Assembly: GCA_030704615.1 (NCBI GenBank)
Contig: CM060733.1
Span: forward strand, 33,046,001 to 33,110,000
From: Takakia lepidozioides
Lineage: Eukaryota; Plantae; Bryophyta
Reading direction: 5' to 3'
Length of the DNA: 64,000 bases
This document shows, piece after piece, positions 11,711-23,929 of this stretch. Below the pieces are notes generated by a model. The model saw only the letters and a program-made list of their open reading frames with translations. It was not told where the DNA came from and made no database searches. Both the position numbers and the translations under genes were made by a program. Position 1 is the first letter of the stretch. The number at the start of each line of letters is the position of its first letter.

Positions 11711-13339
11711 GACAATGGTGGTGCTCCCAACTGTGCGCAGTGTTGTTACGCGTTCCCATACGTTCCCACGAGTTCCCAAGGAGTTTCCAAGCGTTCTCAT
11801 GCGTTTTTTTGAATTCCCAAGGAGTTCACACGCGTTCCCAAGCTAGGGATTGCGCCGCTTTGCCTTTGCGATTGCTGCAACGAGCTATGGCTTCTATGGA
11901 GCAACTAGAGGTGTTGTTCTTGGTTTCTTGAGCATCAATAGACCATCAAGAGTGCCTCTAACTCCTTGAGCAAGCTATTTGTCACACAACAAGCTTTCTT
12001 TCTCTATGGAACTTATTGAAACAAGCATAGAACAAGCTATTGAGCTTCTATGGTATACCCTCTTCTAGCCATCGTATGCACTTATAGTGCTTCCTTCTAT
12101 GGCCATAGTGCACCTCTTAGAGCTCCTAATCCAGCCCTGCACTTGCCACTTCCATAGACATGCTCTTCCCAAGCTTGGGATTGAAACCCCAACTCAAAGC
12201 ATGCTCTACAAATACATTACTCTGCCCCAAAGATAAATCAGATATCTACCTCCACTCATGGCTCTCCTAAGCTTGAAGTTGAAGACTCCCACAAGCTGAA
12301 ACCATGCTCCACATGCACCGCTTGCTTCCTTAACACCCAAGCTCTTCTTGAACTCATCAAACCCTGCAACATTTGCAGAACAAGAGCTTCTTCACAAGCT
12401 CTCAAACTTTTCAACGGGGCTCTCCTTGAAGACCTCATCTTGTACATAAACACCCCAAAGCTTTCTTCTTGCAAACCCTGCAACACCTTGTATCTTAAGA
12501 GCTATCTATCAAGCTCTCTTCCACATACAAGTGCTAACCATGCTAACACCTTGCACTCATAGATGTAAGCAGGTCTTCTTCTAGTGATACGGAAATGGTG
12601 AAAAGAGGATAAACCACTCTATCACGTTATATAAGTCAAGCCAATGGCACCTTTGCTAAATGACTCCACCATATAGACCTCACCCACTCTCCATCTCAAG
12701 AACTAGAGCTATGGCGGCGAGAGGCCTCGGGAGGCTCGACTAGAAGAAGACGAGCTTGCCTACGTCTCACCTGGAGATAACCTCACCACGTCCCAAGTGA
12801 GGTTCGCCACCTCATTTGGCACATGGAACCAAATGAAGTCCCAATGCCAACAAAATACAAATATAAATGTATAATATCCTAATTAGTTAGAAATAACTAT
12901 TTCTAACTAATCACAAACAAAACCATGACACGTTGTTTCGATGCAGCATCCTGCTGTTGTTGCGATATTTCATCGCTATACAATTTCTACTGTAAATTGC
13001 CAAGTGCCCTCACTATGTGATCCTGCTGGATAAGATAAGAGGGGGAATAGACAAATCGCAACCCGTCCTTATAGTCGCCTTCGTACGGTTCAAACGGTTC
13101 CAAGTTGCCGCTAATTGTACCGAATTGGTAGCCTACTACACCACTTTTGTAGCCTCCTACTATCGTTTTGACGCCATAGTACCACTCGATGCTCGTTTCA
13201 GACTTCAACTAAATTCCTAAGTGATTCACCAGCGGTTCCCAACTAACTAACAACTTGTTATGTTTTGGCAGTGCAATGTCGAAACTACCTGGCTAAGGAT
13301 AAAAAAACGATCCGAAAATAAAATTGTACCCATTTATGC

Positions 13340-13560
13340 ATATACAACCACTGTGACCCGGTTCAATGCAATGGGAGTTCCCCCTAAGATCGGAATGAGA
13401 ATGACTGGTCATACCTCGAGAGAGGGTTACATGAGATATGACATAGATTCAGAGGGAATTTACATGCGAGCCTTGCAAAACATTGCTAGCGGCGTTCCTG
13501 GCACGGGAGGTGACATATCCTGGGAGGCTGCCTTGAAGTACGAGCAGAATCGATATCTGG
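13340..13560 (+). pseudogene. Tyrosine-recombinase C-terminal fragment (Crypton/DUF3504-like)
   Basis: TTTVTRFNAMGVPPKIGMRMTGHTSREGYMRYD fits the T..T.L...GV...I...TGH.S....(R)Y signature, with the His and catalytic Tyr present. The upstream HSLR motif is missing. Confidence 0.55.
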
Positions 13561-14322
13561 GAGATGCAAGGAATGTCAGTTCCAAGAGGCACATCTTCTT
13601 CTACCTGCATTGCATCAACTGTTCCATCTATTGGGTCTTCTGAACAACAGATAATACTTGTCACTACTATCTCTACCATTGAACCGGTGCTAGCTTGTTC
13701 TTCCCTTGATTTATGCAAGAAACTCCCGTTATCAGAGGATACTTTTGAGAGCGTGAAGATGTCTTTTCAGAGGTTTTAGATTTGATGCAGCGTGGTGGAG
13801 CACTCCTTCCTCCTCGTCCCGAACCAAAATGTGGACCTGTTTATAGCGTTTCGAATAAGACCTCCACTACATGGAATACCATCTTTCACGGCAATCTTAC
13901 GAACTGCACAATCCAGCTTACCGTGCCTGATGCGGCTTCAGCAGCTTCCTTGCTTGCAATTGTAACGTCAAGTATGAAGAAGAATGTTTTTGACATTCAT
14001 GAGAAGAAATAGTTCATAAAGCAATTCGTTGTAGGATATTCATATACTCCATTGAGCAGATTCAAATGATTTTTACACTCTGCATAAGCTTCATTGAGCT
14101 TTATCATTACATTGCAAGCAATAAAAATTTCATCTCCGGATTTCAAAGATTTTTATCTGGCTCAAGGTTGTGATTGCTACGTTGGATTACTTAAATGTAC
14201 TCGGTGCACTTTTAACTTGTTGGCATAATCTGACGTCACTGTGCATTCTGCAGAAGCACTGTGCATTTTGCTTCTTAAGGCTGCTGTAAATAAGGCAGAA
14301 TCTTCATCAGAAATCGTTAACG

Positions 14323-14428
14323 CCAGTGAAGGCGCCGCTGCGTGCCGATTCTGCTAGTGAGCGGTCATAGGGCTCACCCTATGACCGCTCGCTATGGCAG
14401 AATCGGCACCCAGCGGCGCCTTCACTGG
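14323..14428. repeat. 106-bp near-perfect fold-back (MITE-like hairpin) just upstream of the O-fucosyltransferase gene
   Basis: Arm CCAGTGAAGGCGCCGCTG..GAGCGGTCATAGGG, loop CTCA, arm CCCTATGACCGCTC..CAGCGGCGCCTTCACTGG. Confidence 0.85.
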
Positions 14429-14515
14429 TAGCTTAGTGGATGGAGGAGATTCTCCGTTGACTACTCTACCCCAAACATCCGTCCAATTTTCTTCCATCCG
14501 AGAGTGAGAGAGTTT

Positions 14516-17500
14516 ATGGGAGAATGGCATATTGATTTGAAGAGCAAGGAGCTTGGGGCAAGCAGGAAGGAGATGGGATTAGATGGAAAGGTGGAAGCCG
14601 CCGGCCTCAAGTCTTCCATATTGTTCTGGCGATACATGTGGATTGTCGGGCTTGCTTTGGCAGCTGTAATTGGGTATTGTATGGAGGAGGTACCTGTGCG
14701 CGTGAGCGATGCGATGTGGATCAACCATCTTTTTTCTGTGAGTACAGAAATTGAACTGGTAGTGAAGTGATGATGGTGAACAGATGCTGAAGCGATCGTT
14801 CCAGCCAATCACGCTCGACACAACGTTCTAGGATGTCGTCGATGACTGTTTGCTTTACAAGCATCGGCTTATGTCTGCGTGCCTGTTCCTCAAGATTCTT
14901 GCTGTGCACAAGAACGGAGTCTTACATGATTTCAAAAGGTTTTCCAGGTTGTGGATATTGTCCTCAAAAGCACGTAGTTTATGGTGACGAACAACTAATC
15001 TAACCCAATTTCACAAAGCTTGCTTGGGCAGGAGTACAGACCTCCACGACGTGTGCATATGCATCTACTACACAGACGGAAGTCTGCACTTTTGATGGTA
15101 ATTATCCCCTGGACCCTCGCTCCAACCTTAATCTTTCTCTCTTCGTTTCCCCTCCACAAGGCTACGGTCGACAGGATACAGTCTTATGTGCATTTGTGAG
15201 TTTTTGGCGGGTTGTGTTTCCTCTTCACATATGTTCACAGTAACATCATGATACAAAAAGTGAGGCCACTGGCTACATGGCAATGTCATGTGTAATAATA
15301 GCACAGCGTTACTCATAGGTAATGTGGGATGCTGAGCAACTGAGCCAAAAGAGATGCTGGAACAGTCAGAATGACCATTGCCAACATTAGACAATATCCA
15401 GATCTTAGGACAATTTGGAGCAATGGACACAGGCAAGATCATCTCCAATTTACAGTCAGAAATTCTAACCAGCACCACAAGTTCTAACCCTCAGATTTTG
15501 GCAATGGACTGAGTTTTGTGAGTGCCTACTCAGCTGAGACAGTTTCTTGTATTTGTGGGGGTGATCAGCAGAATTACACGGAGCCAGCAGATTTGTGGGA
15601 CCCTCCTAGTGATAATGGCTGGAAGCCTTGCTTGAAGCACAGTGAAGCCAACCCTGGTATGCGTCTCACCCACACCTCTCTTTGTTCTGCAGGGCTCCAG
15701 CAAGCAGTCATTGCTCTGTTCTCACCTTCTCCCTTCCTTTTACAAATGTGGTTTTATGGTTGATTTTCGAATAACCGCGACGATGACGTGTGCATGTGTT
15801 TATGACTACATGACATATTGAAGTGCGTACATGAATACATGTGGCTTTTGTGGAGAAAAAGAATACTGGCTACAGGACAGAAATAGCATGACCATATTGT
15901 TCTATTGTTGGATGATGTGGGGCTCAGCTTCTGGAGGTGACAATGCAGGCTATTTGCAAATATTTTGCAGTGGCGGCCTTTTCCAGCTTCACATCTGCGT
16001 AAGACTTTCTACCTCCAATTCACAAAGTCATCCTTAGATCTTACTATTCTCAATAACTTAGAATGTGCACAAGATCTTGAATGAGATGAAACATTGGTCT
16101 TATGACTGGATAGTTGCATTAAGAATTTCACCTCTATGGTTCAAGTGCAGAAAGCAGTCAGATTCTGCTAGAGGCCCAATTGCCTGTAATCTTTTCTTCA
16201 GGATTGGGGAAATCAATCACGCCTTCCTTGGTATAGCTGAGCAGAGGAGATTGGTTCTGTGAAGTTGAAATTCTATTTAGCCTTTGCTCATATGGTTTAG
16301 CAGTACTTAATATCAAATGGATCTACCAAAAGGTTAATCAATGCTTGGGGCACTGCTGCTGGAAGTGCCCCTTGGTCCACAAAAGCCTATGTTGTAGGTT
16401 AGCCTCTGCAGTCAACCCGCCTGCATAAACTGGCCACTGACTGGCATTCAGGAAAGATTACCATAGAAAGACATGAAAACTTCAAAGTGATCAGCTCTCA
16501 TAAACAGTCAGGTTGGATCCAATATCACAGTGTTGGTGTGGAAAAGCAAGCACGACTCTCTTCTTTCCATCTTCTTTATCTCTACGAGACAGAATCTCTC
16601 ATATGGAGATGTTGGCTGTAGTAGGTTTGTAATGCGGTGGCTGTTGCTCGGATTCTAAACGCAACGTTGGTCATCCCATTCTTCAAGGAATCCCCCCTTG
16701 TGTGGGATGATCCCAGGTATTTGTACACCCTTTTGAACATGGAAGGCATTGGCATACCTGCATGGATGGATCATAAAAGATGTTTGTGGTCATGAACTAA
16801 AATGTAATGGCAGTTGGTCCATGATTTTGGTGCACAGGTTGACTTGATGTAGAATGAAAATCCAGGATTTGTCGGCTTCCAAATTTTCATAATTCCAAAT
16901 AAGGGAACTTGTTTGTTGTTGCAGTAAATTCCATGACATTTATGACATCGATCACTTCATGTCATACTTCAAGGAGGATGTGCGCATTGTGAGGGAGCTG
17001 CCGTCCATGTACTCATGGAGTACCCCTACCTATTATGACAACCAGTGCCTGGAACGCCCCAATTGCTTAACAAACCTTCCAAAGCATGCTCCGATGAATT
17101 GGTACCTTAGCAATGTGACTCCCATATTGCAAAGGTAATTGATGGATAAAGGGAGTCTTTGATTTATTAGACTCAGCTTGGCTTTAATCTTGTAGCCACC
17201 TTACTTGGACAAGGTGAAAAAGGTGAAGGAGAGCATCTGCTATGGTTTGTTTGTCTGCTCATCTGTTTCTCTCATATTTACTAATCTAATAGGAGGAGAT
17301 TGTGAAAGAAGCCATTGTAACTAGGAACTTCTGATTTATGATTGTGCAGTCATGGAGTGGCAGTCCTAGATAATTTTGACCACAAGCTTAGCTTCGAGGG
17401 TCTCCCGGCTTATATTGCAAATTTACGGTGTCAGGCCAACTTTGAAGGACTGCAGTTCGTAGCTCCCATCCGGGAGCTTGGGAAGAGGTTAGTTGAACGT

Positions 17501-19500
17501 ATGAGAGCAAAGGGAAAACCGCGTCACTCTCTCACTCCTATTCCATCCGATGCTGGGTCCAGGATGGCTCCTCGACCATATTCACTACAGCCATGGTGGG
17601 GGGCAGGCTGGATGACACTTTGGTATGGCAAGGAACAATTCTCAGGTACAAGTGAGAGTGAATAAAGTGCTGCGATGTTACTGAACAACACGGTCATGTC
17701 ATAATCGTGGGTTAGGAAGGTTAGAAGGAGCTAGAACAAGAAATGCTCAAGCCTCTGAGACTAGGTAGGCATCCCCTTCCTTGGGCATTAGGAATAAGTT
17801 TGTCACATACTACTGTATATGCCGGTACTGAAATCTTTGTTTGACTGACTCCATAAAGAGGGACATCTTTCATCACTTTCTTCCACAACTGTGGTCCCAG
17901 GAAAGGTTCAAGAGACTGGGGTTGAAAGAGGGGTACATTATGTTGGTCTCCACATTCGCTTTGAGAAGGACATGGTGGCACATTCAGCCTGTTACTATGG
18001 GGGAGGTCGCGCTGAGAAGCAGGCCCTTGCAGCTTTCCGGGCCAAGGTTTGGAGGTTTGCTCTCTCATGTCTTGTTAGCGTTGGTAGCATTTATTCCTTG
18101 GATGGCCTGTTGCTGTCAGTTTTGAGGCTAGTACAGTGAATGTCTTGGTGAGGTATTGCGATTTCAATGTGCCAATCGCCAGCGTGCAGGAACAAAGTCA
18201 GCAAGGCGATATACAAGCCAGAGTATCTGCGCGCAAATGGGAGCTGCCCTCTCACACCTGAAGAAGTGGGGCTCTTGCTATCCGGGATGGGCTTCGGGAA
18301 CAACGTACCCATTTACATTGCTAGCAAGGTGTATTGTCTGTTACCTCCGTCAATCTAAACCAACAAAGCTAGTGTATCCAATCTACCCCATGTTTGCAAG
18401 AGCCACTTGTGTTTGGGTCGACATTAGTCAATATGCTGATGGACATTCCTCCTAACACTCAGGCTGTAAGTACCATATCTGTAGCTCAACTAACTAGGAT
18501 TTCCTTTATCTGGTTACAGATGTAACTATTTGTGTCAATAGCTTTTACAATAGGTAAGCCCTGACTAGTGTGCTGACAGACTTGGTGTTGGAAAAGTATC
18601 ACATGGAAGACTTCCGTAAATTAGCTAATTGGCTTTTCCATGTAGCTTCAAACTCGTTGTCACAAAGAGGGTGGCATTTTCAGAGGAAAGAAGGACTTGA
18701 TTATGCAGGCTCCTCGCTCTCTGTCTTGTGGGTGGCTCAGGGAGATCTAGCATTGCCAAGCAACATTTCATCATGTATACATCATTGTAGGCGTGGGGCA
18801 TGGTGAATGCATATACCTGTGGGTTCATCTCAACTTGCATGTACATATAGAAAAGTTGAAGATTGTGTCTTTGGCGACCCTCACCAAATTCTTTTAAATG
18901 TTGTTGCTGTAATACAGAGATTGTATGGAGGGCAGGCACGCATCAAGCCATTGAAAGAAATGTTTCCATTACTGGAGAGCAAGTATACTTTGGCTTTCAA
19001 GAAGGAACTTGGGCCTTTTTTGCCTCATGCACACAAACTTGCGGCCCTGGACTTTATTGTCTTGCTCAACAGTGATGTCTTTATGTCCAATGCTGCAGGC
19101 AACTATTCCAATGTCAAAGTTCATACCAGAGGTTCAATGAGTACACTTCTCCCTTTCCTTTTCGTAGCCAGAGGGGGGGAAACTAGCCTCAGAGTTAGTC
19201 CTATTGATCCACAAAGTTTGTATTGAAGTTGTACAGTAAGGTTATTCCTGACTTAACCCCTGTGCCATATGCAGAGTGGACAACGGACCTTTTTTGGACC
19301 CCGAAAGTCAATCCATCCTGACAAAGCCCTTCTGGCCAACGTCTTGCCAACAGCTCAATCAGTGGAAAGAGTTCTCCTCGAGGGTTGTGACTGCACACAA
19401 GAGTCGACTGGGTGCACCTGTGCCCCGGATGCAGAAGTATTCTATTTTCAGATATCCAGCTCCTGACTGTATGTGTCAGCAACTTCCCAAAAGAGAATGA
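14516..19500 (+). CDS. O-fucosyltransferase family (GT106/DUF246) type II membrane glycosyltransferase, ~11-12 exons; last exon frameshifted as assembled
   Basis: N-terminal TM segment; LWDPP..WKPC; GYLQIFCSGGL; VCNAVAVARILNATLVIP; KFHDIYDIDHF; LRCQANFEGLQF; YVGLHIRFEKDMVAHSACYYGGG; GSCPLTPEEVGL; LAALDFIV; YPAPDCMC. Canonical GT-AG introns. Confidence 0.9.
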
Positions 19501-20669
19501 TATCGCAGGCATTCACCCAACTGGGACACATGTTCCTGGGTTTGAGGCATACCTGTGGGAGGCGGGGTTGATGCACATGGTTGTGGTTTGGTGGCATCAC
19601 GTCCAATTTGGAATCAACTTCCTCTCAAATGAAATGCAGTGAGAGGCTCAAGGGTGTCATGGTATTATCTGGGCTTTTGTGCTGAGGCCCTGTTGGGATT
19701 AGGGATTCCATGCTGACCTGACTGTACATTCCCCTGACCAAATGGTTAGGGACCTTGATGATCCTGGTTATGGCTCGATCCCAGACAAAGCTAGGGCAAT
19801 TCATTAAGTTGTCGAAGTCATGTAGAGGGTTGATAATAGCCAGACCAGCATGTGATGATGCAGTGGAATATTTTCAGCTGCATTTTGACAATGCAGTCTT
19901 TCTATGGGCAAATATCTTCTCCTGCTGCAATGTCACTGTATTATAAGTGCTATCCTTGCAGCACTCATTGTTGGGTTCAAAGAACCATATATAAAACATT
20001 CACTTTCACTGACCCTCCTGTGCTCCCTCTGCACCACTCTATTGAGAAGTGGCTGAAGAAATATAAACATGCACTGGAGGCCCCCAGGGAATCGAAGGGA
20101 GGAAAAATAGTTCAATGTTACTATCGATCTGAAGGAAGAATGAAAGATGATTTAGGGGAGGGAGTAACATGGATTATGAGGCTCAGCACAGGCATTTTGT
20201 AGGGACGGATGGGTGAGAGACCAAGTGCCCTTCCTCTTTCCAGTTGGTGCACTGCAATACATTATACTTAACTGGCAAGATGGGTTGTTATGTTCTTCAA
20301 GTCAAGATAATTCTGTTCCCTTTAGTTAACAGCTCACCTTACCCTAAGTTATGTGCAGCTAATGAAACAACACACCCCTGAGGACTGATGGTGCCTTCAG
20401 GCATCAACAATATTGTTGGCCAGATCTAATTCCACCAGTAGCCAAGCTCTCTTGTATCCTTCTAGCAGACCCGCAGGGACCACAATGGGCATCTCTGGGG
20501 GTCCTGCTTTTGATGTTGAAGAGCCATAACTCTTGATGTTGATGAGCCATAACTGACCCAAAAGATTTTTGTGAATGGTTGCTTGAACATGGACTTCTAG
20601 TTGGGGTGGCCAGTGGAGAGACCATTCTAGAATACTCCGTATCTGAGGAGCTATCGGTTTTACAGCATT

Positions 20670-21310
20670 TTATGTGGCAGCGTAGCTGTCATGGAAGATG
20701 GTATGCAGGTTCATGCACACATTATCAGTGCAGGATTTGAAGCAGATATCCGTGTAGGGAGTGTCCTTACTGATATGTATGCCAGATGTTCGCGTTTTGC
20801 CTGAATGAGATGTGGTCCCGTGGAATGCAATGACTACTGGATATCTCAGCATGGCCTCGGGAACGATGACCTGCAACTCTTTGGAAGAATGCAACAGGAG
20901 TGGTGAAGCCTACCAAGGTGGCCTTAATTTGCATGCAGCCACATGGGCCTAGTGGATGAAGGCCATCACTACTTCCTACTTCCGCTCCATGAGTCACGGT
21001 CATGGAATTACATATACCCATGGGGTACTATGGCTGTATGGTTGACCTGCTTGGCCATTCTGGGCATTTATTAAAGATAAGGCAGAGGGCTTCATCAACA
21101 ACATGCCATTCAACCCAGATGGTGGAGTGTGGGGGGCCTTGCTTGGTGCTTGCAAAATTCACGGCAATGTGGAGCTAGCAGAATGTGCTTCCCAAATCAA
21201 ATGCACAAGATCCTGGATTGTATGTGCTCCTGAGAAACATCGATGCTGCGGATTGAGGCAGATGATGGAAGGATATGTGCCAGACACTTGTTTTGTTCTG
21301 CATGGCGTGG
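20670..21310 (+). pseudogene. PLS/E(+)-class pentatricopeptide repeat protein relic
   Basis: GMQVHAHIISAGFEADIRVGSVLTDMYARC; WNAM; CSHMGLVDEG; [12 protein letters not shown]; [27 protein letters not shown]; GYVPDT. Many indels. Confidence 0.85.
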
Positions 21311-21424
21311 ATTGGGGGCTGGACACTAAAGGTGCTTTGGAGAGTTTGGGATGGGAACCATAGGTTGCAAGCATGGAAGGGGTACATCAATCAGGTGGGC
21401 CCTCACAAGGAGTGACATGTGAAT

Positions 21425-21790
21425 TTCTAACCTGTGGTTGCCATCCCACACATGGAACATCTTCCCGAAGGACCCCTTAGTGTCCTTTGGCTGTCCTTTG
21501 GCTCGCTGTAAGATCTCCCTTGAATTCCTCGTCGACCTATCTCTGCAACTGACCTCTGGTATGACCTCACTTGTTTCCCATTGCATGTTTGTTTGAAACA
21601 TAGTACACTTGCGCACCAAGGCGATCTATGCACAAAATCTGCCTCTAACTTCTGAATGTCCAAAGTCAGAGTTGGCCTCGTAGCGAGATCATCTTACATC
21701 GTGGGATATCCAGTCGCGCCCCAGGGACCATCATCTGTCGAATCACCTCCTGAGAGTGCACCTTGGTCGCACAAATGATCTCACTGGATT
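21425..21790 (-). pseudogene. Relic of the ParB-like domain gene (homolog of ~46250-46610)
   Basis: VIRQMMVPGG.LDIP..KMISL, DIQKLEADFVH and [11 protein letters not shown] match VIRDMIISGGRLEIPLCRMISM, DITKLETDFVH and [11 protein letters not shown]. Confidence 0.8.
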
Positions 21791-23929
21791 GAATACATGG
21801 GAATTCTTTTGCTTGTGGCTACTTTTCCTGTCTTAGCCAGGCGGGAAGATTTCACAGCAGATCATACATGAAGCTCCTTTGTGACCATCTAGAGGGTGTG
21901 GAAATGAAGGAATCTCTATCTACGGAGAGGGTGTTTTCCCTTCTTGCACTTGGAAGGGTTTTGGTTGAGCTGGGTTAGGGTGATTAAGCTATGGGAAATT
22001 ACTGGTGGTCTGCTGCAGGAGCACATGATTACAAACCTAATATGTGTCTTTGTGTATGGTTGTGAAGTCTGCAAGACATTTTAATAGAGGGTCTCTTATG
22101 TGGTTGTTCGCTTACATGTGCAGTATAAGGAAAAACTGGAGCAGCAGGTTATTGAGGAGGAGGCCCAGCAGCTTACGGATTGTCATGTCTCTCTCACTCT
22201 GGTCCCCATGACTCTGCGACTCCCCTAGTGCCTGATCCTTACTCAAAGGTTTAGACCACGTATAACCTTCTTTTAAAGGTCTGATTTGCTCTGCCAGCAG
22301 CCGTACCTGGGCACTGATCATGCAGTCATGGGGGACTGGCCTATATTCCTGTTACGCCGGCAGCACCATACCCAATTGTCTTGCTACAAGGTGTTTAGGA
22401 ATGGGTTGTCTGCTTGATCTTGAGGATATACGAACATATCTTGAAAGGGTAAGGTAGGTGAATGTTGGGATCTGGACAGGCAGCAATAGCAAGTAGAACC
22501 ATCACAGCTGAGGAGACAAGATTGATTGGAGAGCCAAGACTAGTCAGTACTGCCAGCAATCCTGAGGAGGTAAGAGTGACCAAGAGGTATCTGCTTACTA
22601 CAGAATGCAAGTAGCTGTTAGTAAGGAGGCTGCTCTGGAGGATAGGCCTCCTGCAATTTGGTTGTCAATCAGTAGATCTGCTAAGTGGGGAGTGACATTG
22701 GAGGTGGGAGCCCTTGGTCATAACTGGAGCCCAGTCTGAAAGAAACGTAAGTGCTGACTATATCATTGGCTTTTGAGTATGTATTTGGTATGTCGAACTG
22801 CTCTCAAGGGGAGAATTTAGTATGCTACGGTATTCTTCCAGACATTTATAAGCGAGAGCTGTTAGTGTGATGAAAAATGACCCCTTGTAGAGTCCAGAAC
22901 AATTGGGTTGATGCTGTTGTGACACAGGCCTGCATAGGTATGAAGTGTAGCCTAAGAGTAGTAGCAACTGACCAATGGATATTGTTAGCATGTATGGCAC
23001 ACACAGGCCGTCATTCCATTATCTGAGAAACATACACTTCATCAAGATCAAGATACAGCCCAAGAAGACAAAGTTGGACACCAAAAAGCTTCACCAACAT
23101 GCCACACAGGCTAAGGAGGTGGCTGCAGTTGGCAGCCAAGCTTTGGGACTCGTGTCCAAGTAGTCAGGCACTGTTTGATTCATCAAAAGTGTGCAAAAAG
23201 TCCTGGAAACTTTGTGTAGTACTGTGGCATCTGATGTCTTGGGGCCTCTACCAACGGAAGATGTCTAAAGTAGGTGGCTACATTGGAAGTTTCATCACAT
23301 CACTACTCTGAAATTTGAGTCATATCAATGTGTGCTGTGCTTGCTGTCTGCACTTCCTCCATTGTAGAAGAAAGGGTACAACGACAGTAGATGTGTGTGC
23401 CAGTGTGAGAAAGGGAAATTCAGAGCAGGAGGTATGAAGTGCTACTTGTTAGGCAGCTCAGCCTCCTTTGCAATATCCACTCTGACCACTTCAATCATGT
23501 GCTGAGGAAGCCATCTATGTCAAGAGCAAGAACTGTCTGGCCACAGTAGGAATGGCACTAGCCTTGCAGCACACCTAAACAGAAGACAATCATGAACTCG
23601 AGAACCTCATATATGTATGTTTCCCTGATGCTTCTGACATTTAGCCATTAGCTGTCACACCACCAGTCTGCCAAGAGCATAGATACTGGTCGATGGCAGT
23701 AATTCGAAATACTCTACTAATACTAATACTGTAAGCCTGCTCAAAGCCGTCCAGTGACTCTCGCTTCGATCATCTCAACGGCCTTGAGTACCTCTGCAAC
23801 TGCATCTTTGTGCAAAATTTCTTTGTAGGTTCTCCCATTCCCATGCTTACCGCTCCACTAACTTCCAGACATCAAACATTCAACTAGTGAAAAATACGGG
23901 GACCATGATACAACCTGAACACTCATCGC

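Larger units (their letters stand above)
7946..12930 (-). mobile_element. Internally deleted LTR retrotransposon (gag + C5 DNA methyltransferase; no pol found)
   Basis: Gag-like ORF with two Zn knuckles followed directly by DNMT motifs. Candidate LTR 5' end TGTCATGG at 12930 (- strand). PBS and 3' LTR not identified. Confidence 0.65.

Noticed and set aside
21800-23900. Additional gene between the PPR relic and the CCC gene
   Set aside because: Only short unrelated ORFs; no supportable homology.
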